64,000 nucleotides of DNA, taken from the IMG/VR virus record IMGVR_UViG_3300027844_001828, positions 1 through 64,000 of that record; one strand, written 5' to 3'. Numbering within the stretch: the stretch's first letter is position 1; every line of letters starts with the position of its first letter. This document shows positions 11,001 through 21,800 of the stretch, piece by piece. Position numbers and translations under genes: made by a program. The notes beneath the pieces were generated by a model, which was given only the letters and a program-made list of their open reading frames with translations, was not told the DNA's origin and made no database searches.

Positions 11001-12235
11001 TAGAGAATCAAATTCTAAGCTCCGGTTCATTTTCAGTAGCTTACACAACGAATAATATCCCTTCTGGGTATACGTTAAGATACTCTATTGACTCAGGAAC
11101 GGGGATAGAATATTCAGGGTCGTCACCAATAGCTTTGACAGGGGTCGCATCAGGGTCTCATACGGTCAAGTTGTATTTGGCAGACTCTTTGAATGTTGAG
11201 TTGGCGGGTTCTGTGGCAAGTGCGACAGCAACCTTCGTCGTGGTCAGTAGGGCGAGTGTGAGTTTCAGTCTATATGTTGATAAAGGATCGGTAAAAGACA
11301 GTGACGGGAATGATGTCATTGAACAATCAATCTCTATTGATATCACAAAGATCAGACCCGCTAATATTTACGCCCCAATCGACATTAATATAGTCACAAG
11401 AGACGATGTTCAGGGAGACGCCTCTGAGTTTGATCTTTTGGTTGCGAAGTCTGGGACACCATCTAATCTTGATTATAAGGACACTTCATACAAGGACGGG
11501 CACAGCGTTGTTCAATTCACATCTCTTGGAATAGTGAGGTTGTCAGATAACACGGCAATAATCGCGGATACAAAAGATAATGCGAAAGCAAATCTTGGTT
11601 CCGCTCAAAAATATAGCGATACTGAGCTTTTCATAGCAGACCCATATGGCAAGAGAGCCGCTGTTATCAAACTTGATACAACTGAGATGACATCCTCTGT
11701 CCTTTGGCAGTATGATTCAGACAAGTTAGTTTCGGACTTTAACAGGATTCCAGACCCTTCTGCTGTAATTAATGTAAATACGGCCTCTCTCGCCTCGATT
11801 GAAGATTATCTTAGAAGAGACTCTGTCGTAACATGGTATAATAATACAAATGATACGGTCAGGATACTTTCTGGAACAACAACTTCCGCCCAATTTGATT
11901 TAGACCCCGATTTCGACTTGTTCGGAGACGAGTTTGATTCAGAAGAAATCCTTCCTGGAGAATTCTTCAGCCACAGGTTCATAAATTTTGGAACGTTCAA
12001 TTACTTTGTTCATCCATTTATACATGTAGGAAAGATTCACGTTATAAATACGTCCATAACGCCAGATGATAATTTTATCATCGCTGAGAATGATCCATCT
12101 GGGTCGTCTTATTTGAACAGGGTCATAAAAATAGACGCCTGGGGGAATATAGTTTGGAGTTTTGGAGAGTCGTTTGTTTCAACAATCAAGGGGGCGAAGC
12201 CGACTTCATCTGGTGAAATAATCATAACGGTGTAA
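8045..12235 (+). CDS. Tail fibre/baseplate-attached multidomain protein (1396 aa): fibre-type N-terminus, CBM-like, NHL, Ig-like and cupredoxin-like domains
   Basis: N-terminal 'LGDGVISGWDFV...LSITPGSGHI' fibre-anchor motif. Also 'DWSSYDKLVFNLY...GWREIVVDISSY' (CBM-like), 'IVADTDNDRVLELDKSGNVIW' (NHL), two Ig-like repeats ('GLADGVHTITAVL', 'GVASGSHTVKLYL') and 'FDSEEILPGEFFSHRFINFGTFNY' (cupredoxin-like). Confidence 0.65.
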   Translation: MAKYTEKYNFGYFEPGDTTETVGIESYRWRVIDAQMDALFNVLGDGVISGWDFVVNDFDEFVLSITPGSGHISNVAVESTDTETLTLPANTKSYIYAISSDESFYTKGVTFTASTNDSEGEGYLLLGFATTDEVGQSPAITEVNIDDRVYISFKQQILDLINDHRHIGGTENPSKIDLETDVQGFLRSDNIEDLDASFIATGTIDPDRLPKIDHITKLSHVGVLTHSQLDTFVQILSQTGARLMGDVSSTDLLKMILAVKHVYPTIDEFLINELAFIPGISAETLVDKVNTTAVVDYRTAAQGGLHTIKGTPASSTSTFTKKWETDTEFTDTTRDDTAVVGDSVKLVARENKVFVEDFQDISDWETITTDLSSISSSFSLDSVLSQTGTTSGKLDINNDGVEVALILRKTFGAQDWSSYDKLVFNLYSPSAEHGDIYFYIYDAASGSQDSYQIVLERNSPTINRDSLAVGWREIVVDISSYSRGSITTIGLYTATSTGWEINQPFSFNVDNMFLTSGNLFVDRGTCIFRYGNDFEYTFSTVRWDASVPENTFVRVRTKVSDSESMAGAVWSDFINTSGGSITLPSQTSYNYIDVEVTLEADSTLKLTPQLHALYLDSTVTSTDYSFEFDAKDDWDAGELYNIDTETNAGSITIDNIGDIGTYLYGKDGSLKQLNSDLTEKLSILGTTVPKSFVQLSAGTVAGFGQISSVISGLNDSFIVADTDNDRVLELDKSGNVIWGLMGTFIETPTNPYLAAETVDDDTATTADDTTDAEAVSAAFNPIGSYYNVDDSALYVMFDKYLENVYTSETFDPSGMFLKSGARRIYFDKTNFTFSVVGADSEHIGESASSTEFSGANVLKVVIPEADAVTLSGAAVTQDPYLTMVTPTLNKVVTSSTLAVEFKAYNVDIGLTDYGIRYQIDSLPNVDLRTGLTATITGLADGVHTITAVLIDSNGNELSAVGTSLVVKIYVETGVLTETVVSIQSPIENQILSSGSFSVAYTTNNIPSGYTLRYSIDSGTGIEYSGSSPIALTGVASGSHTVKLYLADSLNVELAGSVASATATFVVVSRASVSFSLYVDKGSVKDSDGNDVIEQSISIDITKIRPANIYAPIDINIVTRDDVQGDASEFDLLVAKSGTPSNLDYKDTSYKDGHSVVQFTSLGIVRLSDNTAIIADTKDNAKANLGSAQKYSDTELFIADPYGKRAAVIKLDTTEMTSSVLWQYDSDKLVSDFNRIPDPSAVINVNTASLASIEDYLRRDSVVTWYNNTNDTVRILSGTTTSAQFDLDPDFDLFGDEFDSEEILPGEFFSHRFINFGTFNYFVHPFIHVGKIHVINTSITPDDNFIIAENDPSGSSYLNRVIKIDAWGNIVWSFGESFVSTIKGAKPTSSGEIIITV

Positions 12236-12238
12236 GAG

Positions 12239-15200
12239 ATGTTAAAAAAGATACTATACAGCATAGCGAAAAAAAATGTCACAAGGAATTATATAGACAT
12301 TAGCTTGTCTTTCATCGACTCAAGCAGAATCTCTTTCTCGTTTTTCTATAGAATTAATGGATCGGGATCTTGGAACGATGACGCAATAATTGAAACAGTT
12401 GACTCGTCTATCATAAAAAGTAACATAGTAAGCAGTGCAGACCTTGATTCGGATGGGGAATGTGTGGTTAGATGGCATTATCGATTCAATGGTGTTTCTT
12501 ACTATGATGATGTCGAGATAGAAATCAGGCCAGAGCCATACGCAAACATCTTTTCCTACCACGATGACAAGTCTTCACAGGTAGAGCTTAATTCATATGG
12601 TGCTGGTGGATTATCATTATCATCTGGAAAGAGATTTTCAGGCCTTACCCATATTGTTGGGAACTCTCTCTATTTCAACGGATCATTAGTGACAAGCTCT
12701 TTGTCGAACCCATCATTTGTTGACGAATATAAGATTGGCGGATCTTACTACTTCATAGTTGCCGACACTGGAAACAACAGGGTTGTAGAAATAAATCAAA
12801 ATGGATCGTCGGTCATTGAAAAAATAGTAGTGGGAGAGACCCCAGTATATTGCACGATAAATAGAAGCAACGGAAACGTTCTTTATGTTGACAGCACTGG
12901 GGATAACATTATTGAGCTAAACTGGAGAAACCCGTCAACATGGTCCGTCTCTGGCGCGGCTGGCACGGTGGTGTGGGATTACAACACGTCCTTTCCGTCT
13001 AACGCTTTGACCAGCCCATTGTCAGCCACATATGGTGTAGGAGACAATGTTATAGTATCAGACACTGATATTGTTAAGATCGATAGGGACAAATCATCGA
13101 TTAGTAAGGTCGAAGGCCTGGGTTACAAGAGATCTATTGGTATAGAGTCCGAAAATAAGTATTCCCCAACCAACCTCTTTGTTTCGTTTGAGTTTGATGA
13201 AAACAGATACCTATCTCTTGAGAATACTGGCGAACTAATGCCATACCTTAATACGTCAGCGACACACACGACATATAATCGTGAATTGAAGAATGATTCA
13301 GCCTTCTCTGTTCATCGCGGGTTAGAGAATGATCTTCTTTACCCAATAGTTCCAGCCATAAGTGACGAGATCAACGTAACAATAACTTCGTTGAATGGAG
13401 ATGCGCTATCTTCGTCAATGAACAACGCTTATATTACGTTTGGAAGAGTTGATCTTCCGTTAAAGAGAGTCTCTGGGGACAAGGCAAGGGGAAATATATA
13501 TAAAGAGAGATTGTTATGGGGGGTTTCAGAGGCCTACAACAGAGGTGTTGGAACTCAGACTTTTGTTTGCACGACTGGGCAGCAAATTAATTTCAAGTTG
13601 TCTTATAGCGGAACCAAGATTGGATACGCCTTGAGCGGAATAGGAGCAGATCCTGTTTACGTGTCAGAGGCCGTGACGGTAACGATGACAGAATTAATAT
13701 CTGGGGTCTCTACGGAGGTCTATTCCAACATTTCATTATCAGCCGATGATACTTTCTCATTTGTGGCAGATGAGGCGTCGGCAAGTAGCTATACAAAGTC
13801 ATCTTCTATTGGCGCACATGCCATTTACTCAATGAGTATATCTGTAACAGAATCATATTACAAAGATAGTGATTTCGGAACGGTAAGTTCTCATGATCCG
13901 AGAACTTATGAATATAATTCGTTGATCTATTCATTCTGGTGGAGGCAAATACTGAAAGAGGCGAACGCTTCAGAGTCTCCAGTGTCTGACTACGGGTTTG
14001 ATTTAGAAGACTATTCCGAAACTCCAGCGGCGTTTTTCGGGGCATGGACATCATATCCAGATTTCTACAGAGTTGTTGGTGGAACAACATTAACATTATC
14101 AAACGCCCAGAAAGAGAAGATTATAAGAGACAATGCACTCGCTCTTCTATCGTACAAAGTGTCAGTGTTACCCGGAGATTCGGCCTTTGCAAAATCATTT
14201 GGCCTAAATCCAGTGAGTTATGTTGATCCAGTGATAGAAGACGTTACCCATCTTCATAGGGCGGATTTGTCTTCAAGAACAATCTCTCAAGATTTACCAG
14301 GTCTCGACGCTCAATATCAAATGACGAATGTATTTGAGGAAGAACCGACAATATCTGGTACGTTTAATCAATTTGTCAGGAGTCCAGCACGTTCGCTATT
14401 CGCGAATAGCGAACGCTTCCATGATTGTTGGGGAGAAAATGGCATGGAGACGCTTCCATATTGGGGAACCGTATCTGCCGTTAGAGTAACAATCCCAGAA
14501 AGTAGAAAGAGAATTTCAATCTCGATAGACAAACCCACATTATTTGTGGACACAATATCTCTAACTGGAGAAAGCTCTAACAGTGACAAAATTGGCGTGG
14601 ATGATCAAAGTCTTAAGGCATCCTTTACCACTATAAGCAGCCCAGATAAAGTCGTTATGGGCGTTTCTGTTGATGGGGGTCCCTACTCCACTTATACAGA
14701 CCCCTCTGGGACAGTCAGGGATTATATTTTTGATTCACCTCAGACAATAACTTCCCAGTCGATGGTTGAGGCTTTTATTGAGTTAACCGACACCGATGGT
14801 AAATCATACATTTTCTATGCGACCAAAAAGGTTTTTTCTGAAGAGAGAGTGTCCGCAATTGATGGTATTAGAGTCGAGGTGGATAAAAAGGGCAAGAGAT
14901 TAGTTGTAAATTACGATTTGACAACGAAATATGACTGGGTTCCGTACTCAATAGCGATGTCTGTTGACTCTGGATCTGGATACGTCGATATGGTAGACAG
15001 CATAAGTGGAGACTTTGGCTCCGTCGTTTCCGGCCTGAACAGGACGATAATATTGAATTATGGTCAAGTATTCACGGCAACGGTCCAAAAAGAGAGAATG
15101 AAGCTTAAACTTGATCTAACGTCATTGGTAACAGCGGAGTCGGCAGGCAGTGAGGGTTCTCATTTTTCTGTGAGAACAGAGGATCTATGGGATGATATAG

Positions 15201-15790
15201 TAACTGAAGAGGTGGCGGTTTTCCCAACTGACGATGATGATCCAGCGAGGCCGGAGAAAATAGTATCGACCGACAAGGTTTACGATATTGACTTGTTTTA
15301 CAAGAGTGATGTTGCAATTATTCCATCGGTAGTTGGGTTTTCTTTATCTTCAAGCTCGTCAAGCAAGAGTTCGTCTTCTTGCAGTTCCTATAGTTGCTCA
15401 AGCAGTTGCTCAAGGAGTTTCGGTTCAAGTTCAAGTTGTTCCTCGTCATCAGATATAGGCGTTGTACCAGCGGCATATAATGTTGAGTTCTCAGGGGACG
15501 CGACAGTGAATGGATATTATTGTTGGAGCGGAATGTATAATGGTAAGAATGAGTTTAAGAGACAGGACTCTGCGAAATGGATAAGATATATTGGCGGACC
15601 AATATATTTCTGGGGAATTGTAGACGCTATAGACACTTCTTACTATTTAAGTGAGGATGATTTAGTCTTACCCCCATTAGATACCTGGCAAGTGGGTGTA
15701 CTTGGCACGTTTCCTCCACCACTATTAACCGCAGCAACATGCTCAAGTAGCTCGTCTTCAAGCTCATCAAGTGGCGATGTTTGGCTTTGA
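12239..15790 (+). CDS. Large virion protein (1183 aa) with NHL repeats and Ser/Cys-rich C-terminal tracts
   Basis: 'IVADTGNNRVVEINQNG' NHL motif; poly-Ser/Cys tracts near the C-terminus; lies within the structural operon. Confidence 0.6.
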   Translation: MLKKILYSIAKKNVTRNYIDISLSFIDSSRISFSFFYRINGSGSWNDDAIIETVDSSIIKSNIVSSADLDSDGECVVRWHYRFNGVSYYDDVEIEIRPEPYANIFSYHDDKSSQVELNSYGAGGLSLSSGKRFSGLTHIVGNSLYFNGSLVTSSLSNPSFVDEYKIGGSYYFIVADTGNNRVVEINQNGSSVIEKIVVGETPVYCTINRSNGNVLYVDSTGDNIIELNWRNPSTWSVSGAAGTVVWDYNTSFPSNALTSPLSATYGVGDNVIVSDTDIVKIDRDKSSISKVEGLGYKRSIGIESENKYSPTNLFVSFEFDENRYLSLENTGELMPYLNTSATHTTYNRELKNDSAFSVHRGLENDLLYPIVPAISDEINVTITSLNGDALSSSMNNAYITFGRVDLPLKRVSGDKARGNIYKERLLWGVSEAYNRGVGTQTFVCTTGQQINFKLSYSGTKIGYALSGIGADPVYVSEAVTVTMTELISGVSTEVYSNISLSADDTFSFVADEASASSYTKSSSIGAHAIYSMSISVTESYYKDSDFGTVSSHDPRTYEYNSLIYSFWWRQILKEANASESPVSDYGFDLEDYSETPAAFFGAWTSYPDFYRVVGGTTLTLSNAQKEKIIRDNALALLSYKVSVLPGDSAFAKSFGLNPVSYVDPVIEDVTHLHRADLSSRTISQDLPGLDAQYQMTNVFEEEPTISGTFNQFVRSPARSLFANSERFHDCWGENGMETLPYWGTVSAVRVTIPESRKRISISIDKPTLFVDTISLTGESSNSDKIGVDDQSLKASFTTISSPDKVVMGVSVDGGPYSTYTDPSGTVRDYIFDSPQTITSQSMVEAFIELTDTDGKSYIFYATKKVFSEERVSAIDGIRVEVDKKGKRLVVNYDLTTKYDWVPYSIAMSVDSGSGYVDMVDSISGDFGSVVSGLNRTIILNYGQVFTATVQKERMKLKLDLTSLVTAESAGSEGSHFSVRTEDLWDDIVTEEVAVFPTDDDDPARPEKIVSTDKVYDIDLFYKSDVAIIPSVVGFSLSSSSSSKSSSSCSSYSCSSSCSRSFGSSSSCSSSSDIGVVPAAYNVEFSGDATVNGYYCWSGMYNGKNEFKRQDSAKWIRYIGGPIYFWGIVDAIDTSYYLSEDDLVLPPLDTWQVGVLGTFPPPLLTAATCSSSSSSSSSSGDVWL
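15347..15451 (+). repeat. Ser/Cys low-complexity coding tract (SSSSSSKSSSSCSSYSCSSSCSRSFGSSSSCSSSS)
   Basis: Read directly from the translation. Mixed TCN and AGY codons show it is not a simple DNA tandem repeat. Confidence 0.9.
15740..15772 (+). repeat. Second Cys + Ser10 coding tract at the extreme C-terminus
   Basis: tgc tca agt agc tcg tct tca agc tca tca agt = CSSSSSSSSSS, with mixed codons. Confidence 0.9.
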
Positions 15791-15896
15791 CTCGTCCCAT
15801 CTCGCCCTTATGTAGTTAATTTACAATAGTTCTTCAGAAGGTGTTTTCATATAAGTTTTTGAAAATACTTCATGAATAATACACAGGTGTTTTTAG

Positions 15897-18800
15897 ATGG
15901 CTTTCGAATCGTTACTTACTATAAGATTAAACCTCCCCTATTTTGGAGACGCATACAGGTACAGCGGCGAAGCTGACAGACAAAGATTTCTCTACCTTGA
16001 TTACAACTTAGAATCATACGTCGGGGTTATTGGAGTTGGGCTGATTAGTGGATGGACAATAACGGACGCTGGCGGCTTAAACATAACAATTGGGGCTGGG
16101 ACAGCTATATTAAGAGATTTCTTCTCTGAGAGCCCATTCACGGTCAAAGAGAGGTCAACAGTGCTGCCCGGTGACACTGTAGTCAGCTTGGGATACTATG
16201 TGGATATAGTTGAACCCGCCGAAGATGATAATGATTATGATGCCGATCTTGGACAATTCCCACCTTCTGTTTCAGATACGACTACATATTACGACAAGAT
16301 TTTGTATAGCTCTCCGTTAACAATGGCTGATGATAGCGACAATTATGTATACATCTACAGAAATTCAAATGAGTCTCAGGACGACCCGTATCATGAGCCG
16401 GACAATTCTTTGCCAATTATTGAGACTGCGTCAAATGAAAATCCAATCCATACAGCGGTCGCTTTTGGAATAACGTCATCTAAGAAACTTGCCCAGACAA
16501 GCGGTAGAGAATTTATTGGTAAGATTGTCACAAGAAGTGGTGATATCACTGAGATAGACGTTTCTGATGTGACAACTTTACAGGGTCTTGCTGGCCCAAT
16601 TCTTGCTTTTGGAGAATCTGCGGTCAATACACACAATCATGGTGGGTCTGGGACTTATGATCCAGAGGCCATACATCTAAGGACTGATTTGAGGAAGACT
16701 TTCCTACAATCCGTAAATGATGCGGAGGCCGTGTATAGGATCATGTATTCTGATCCGACATCAATCACAAATGGACACAAGCACAGATTTATGGTTGATT
16801 CAAGCGGGAATGGCTTCACTGTTGATAACATTGGCGGGACCGACACTCATTATCATGAAATATTAGAGTATGCAGTATTGAGCGCGGTACTTGGAGACGA
16901 TTTAGTTGACGATCACGGACACACCTTACCGGTAACTGCCACGTCAACAGACCCATGGGTAACGGCTGGTGATTTTGTCATCAATATTAATGACATCCCA
17001 TATACAGGATCTAATGCTACGGTAGACCCATCTGAGAAAACAATTACGTTTACAGAAGATGTCACCGTTACCAAAAGGAAATACTCGATCAACAAAACGT
17101 TTGATGACGGATCAACATATGATTTCGAATCGAACGAGAATGGCGTGTTCAGATTCTTGCTCAGAGCATCTCTCGATTATTACTCAAAGAACGCGGATGA
17201 AATTCATACTGACACAAAAACCCCTTTGATTTTCCCAGACCCAACAACTCCAGTGTCAACACTTGCGGACCAAAGTGTTGTCGCAGAGCAAAGATTAGTT
17301 GCCGCCGGAGACACATTCAAGTTCACGGGCGTAGTTGCACCAGACCCTGTCACTGTTATATTGGTAGAGCCAGGTTCGATAGACGAAGTGACGATTGAAA
17401 TAACTTCAAACTCAGAAGTTACGGGGAAATTGAAAGCCCAGAATGTTTTATACTTGCCAGCTGAGAAATTTGTCACTGGGACCTTTGACATTGGCAGAAT
17501 CCCAATACTAAGTCATGTCGGAAGACTTCTTGAGGAATGTAAGTTCGCGGCTGAAAGGGGTATATCTCAAGATGGATACACCTACACAGTAGACAACGTA
17601 TTACCATGGGGAAATTCCAAAGTTGTATATTCCAGCCATGTACAAACAAATGGAGACACGATCCTTGGAACTTCAGACGGGTTGTATTTCTACCCGGCTT
17701 CGGGTTCGTATTTATTCGTTGTTAACGGAGAGAAAATCCATAGGGCTTATGGTGATCTAAAAATGATGTTAGTATCAGCGGTCAATGACTACAATGCGAA
17801 AACTGGATCGACGATGGTGGTTAAAGACGCAACATTTGACCCTCAGATAACATCAGCAGAAAACGCTCTTACAAAAGTGGGGACATATTACAGGCTGAAT
17901 GGAGATTATCAAGTAATAGATGACAATGTAGTTTATGATATTGTTGATGTGTTTTATATTGATGGGTATAAGGTCCCAACATTTGGGGATGAAGAAAAGA
18001 GGCTTCAGTCAGAGATACTTGATGTGGAAGAGATAGTCTCTGTTGACCCAGACGACGCCACCAAGTTTTTGGTGAAGAACGATTTTAACAAGTCTGTCAT
18101 TAATCAAATAATCGTAGAGTCAGACATCACCGATACGTATGGCGGATTGAATCAAGTGTTTTTCACTTTTGCATCAGACTTCTTTACCAAGAGCATAGAT
18201 ATTGATAAGAATTGGGGTTTGATATATCAGTCTGGAACAATGGGGTATATCAAGGGTGTCGAAAGGACCTTCGAGGGATTCTACGTTGTTTATTCAACAA
18301 ACGGATTGTATATTTGTAAAAGCACAACCGCTTCAGAATATCGCGAGGCCGAGTTGCCATCGTTTTATTCCGACGTTATTGCAATGTCATTTGGGTTTGA
18401 TGATCTCTTGTTGATTTCTTACAAGGGCGGAGATTCATACACGACAGATTATGGAACAACATGGACGGATATGACGATATCCAACAACGATATTGAAAAA
18501 TTCATGTTTGACCCAACTAATGACACTACTTCAACAGTTAGTTCCCATTATCACGGTATGGATATAAATTTCAAGGGAACCGGTGCTACAAGTGGAATGT
18601 TTGACGCCTCAGATGCGCCAATCTCAGAGACACATACGCATACTGTAACTGTCGGGTCATTATCGACAGACAGCGGTCATACGCACATTGGTGAAAGAGA
18701 GTTTTATGCCGTAGACACGAAAGGCTCTATTTATAAATCAAGTGATTTAACAACCTGGGTAAAATTTGCAGACACGCCGACAGTATTTGGCCAGGTCGGG

Positions 18801-21800
18801 ATCTCATTTGTCGGATTTGGTAAATTGTTCTTTAGCACAGCGGAAGGTATTGTGTCCACGGTGAACGGAACGACATGGACAAAGCTTGTCGGATTTGATT
18901 CCCTTATCCATTCTTCTCAGTGGAGCGACGACAAGGAGACGATGTATCTTGGCGGAGTTAATGAGTTTTACTCTTATGACGGAACAACAGTGACCAAGGT
19001 CAAAACGCTTGAGGGTAATAATCCAGTGTCAGTACATGTTGATGATTCCAAGAAGATATTTGGATTTACTTTTACCAACAAATCGAATAAGGTCGATTTC
19101 AAAAACGACGACAAAACAAATAGCACGGTAGACTTGTACTATGACTTCAGTAGTTGCAACGCTGTTGGTGGCGCATGGACCGCTGGGGTTCCATATGACT
19201 TATATGTGAATGAAAGACTGATCCAATCCACTCGTGAGAGTTTAACGCTTGTGGGGTCAAACAAAGTAACCGTAAGCAATTTGGGACAGATTGATTTTAA
19301 CGCAACATCTCCACTTGCAGCTGAGATTGAGTATGGTGCCTCTTACATTGATGTTGATGACGGGGACAACTTCCCATCGTCTGGGATTGTTAGAGTGTCA
19401 TGGTCAAGTAGCTTGTCGTTCTTTTTGAAATTCTCATCTAAGACCGACAATAGATTATTTTTGACGGGACCCTCAATAAATTCTATAACTCCAAGCGATA
19501 GTTTGATCGTTACAGTGGATCTTGTAGGATCAATTGGTGACGATGACGATGTTCTTATAACAATTTATGAGGGCCGATTAACCAACGTCGGTGAAAACAC
19601 CCATGAAGAGATAGAGAATGATTTATCCACAAAAAATATTGGGTCCTCGAAATCATTTTCAGATGTTTTCTTATCAAACGTTGCACATTTGACGGTCGCT
19701 ATAAGAGCGGCTATCTCTGGAGTCGGAGATGACTATAAGAATTATTTCTTATCGCTGTTCGATTATAACGACACGCCGGGAGACCCAGACAATATTGATA
19801 GATTTATTGATAGGGTATCCAGCGATTTCTACAGTCAAGTTATTTACTCGAATGCGTTTACGCCTAATGTGGCGTTAACAATAAACAGGATAGTATTTGG
19901 CTTTGGTTCTTTCCCAAATACAATGCTCATTGCCACAAACATTGGACTTTTCGCCTCCAAGACGAACTTAGGATTAGAAGCAAACTGGTTCAGAATAAAT
20001 GTTTCATCATCAGAAGTCGCTTACGATGTTCTCCAAACAAGAACTGGAGAGGTTTTTGTTTGCACAGAATTAGGTATGTATCAGAATGATAATGTAGACC
20101 TTGATTCATGGACTCTTCTTGAAGAGGAAAAGCTCGGTGGAATACCAACGAAGATTGTTCCCAGATGGGGAACAATCAACGCTTACAACAACGACAGCCA
20201 ATATTGGTGGCAGGGTTGGACCGGAGTTTCCCACAGTAATCAAGATTTGATAAATTCATTGATTATATCAGGCGTCGGGTTTATGAGTGTTAGTGATGAT
20301 TATGGACTGACTTGGCAAAAGGGGATTCTGTTGGATGCTTCTGGATCTGTTGTCGATTCCAACTTCACCACAACAGACACTGAGATATTGCATAGCGGGT
20401 CAATCCTTTTCGGTCTCAGAGATGTTACGAATGACGCCTCCAAGGTCATGTATTCGACTGGCAACGGATCTGTTTCAAGAGAGAGACTTGGATTGTCAAA
20501 ATACACAGCAACCGTGAGCGAATATAGCATCACTTCGGACAGCAACGTAAATCTTTCTGTGGCGTATAGTGGAGACATTCCACCGACAGGTAGGCTAAGG
20601 GGTCTTAACCTTTCTGTTAACGCCAACAATTTCGATGTGATAGACAACTCTACTGGATCGCTTCTTGTATTTGGAACGTCGATAATAGATTCTCTGTTGG
20701 GTGACGATTTAATTTCAGTCTCTCCACCCGTTTTTAATTCTATATCAGAATTCCCAGAAGGGCAAGTGGCATTCGGGACATCTAATGGTGTTCTTACAGA
20801 CAGGGGTGTATTATTATCAGCTGACGAATCGTCTTCTGGCCTTGTGAAGAAGGTTGGGAATAGAGGCGTGGTTTCCTCTCTAAATATAAATGGAGAGTTA
20901 AAATCTGTCGTGTTCTCCACGGGAACAAAAGCATTGTTGTCATTAGAGTTAAACATGATTGTTAAGCAGAATGAAATCCAGGGGCAGCTGATAAAGATTG
21001 AAGGATTCACAGACATGACCGTGTCGAGTAATGAGTCCACAAGCGTAAACAATTTAACATCGGTTCTTGTGGAACACAGTATAGAGGCAATCCCAACCGG
21101 GGTTCCGATAACTGTCGTTGGAGAAAGCAACCGACTGTACGTCACATTTGATTCATTGGTAAGAGACGGCGATGTGACTAATGGGAAGTTATACATTAAA
21201 CCAGCAGACACGAGTTCAACTCCGGCAAAATCAATCCTTCATGAGTTTTCAATAGTCGGGAATGGGGAAGGGTATGTTGATATTGTCCAATCTGATGAGT
21301 TAGAATTGGTTTGGGAAAATGAATTTTACTCAGGGCTTGTAATATTTTGTACACAGCCAGACGATACTGTCCCGTTGTTCGTAGAATTTTCAAAGAAGCC
21401 ATTGCCAGGATCATTAAAGGGCAGCGCTATAAAATTTAGAGAGATCTCCGAAAATATAGATTCGGTAGAATTCAAAATCGTTGACAACACTGAGATTGCG
21501 GTCTACGTTCAAGACTCTGCACAGGCTTTGTTCACTTCAATCTCTGGCTCCAGTTTATCTGATAGTTTCTTGACCTATAGTCTTGTTTTTGACGGGGGTG
21601 ATTTCACTATTGAAACCGTAGGATTTGAGTCGGATGAGAAATTCAATTCGAGATCAACGTCTAAAGAGACGGATCACTTCCACACCACAAACCTTTATGG
21701 AAAGGAGATAGATGGTAAGATAGACACTTTTGGTGATACAACATCTACATACGTGGATTTGAACGTCACATCGGCAGGAATCGGCGAAGAGCCGTTCCTT

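Noticed and set aside
20300-21211. 303-aa minus-strand ORF (also 21971-22519, 34736-35350 and many shorter ones)
   Set aside because: They lie fully antisense to long, motif-bearing + strand genes, have no SD or recognisable motifs, and show the S/T/L/V-rich composition expected of shadow ORFs.
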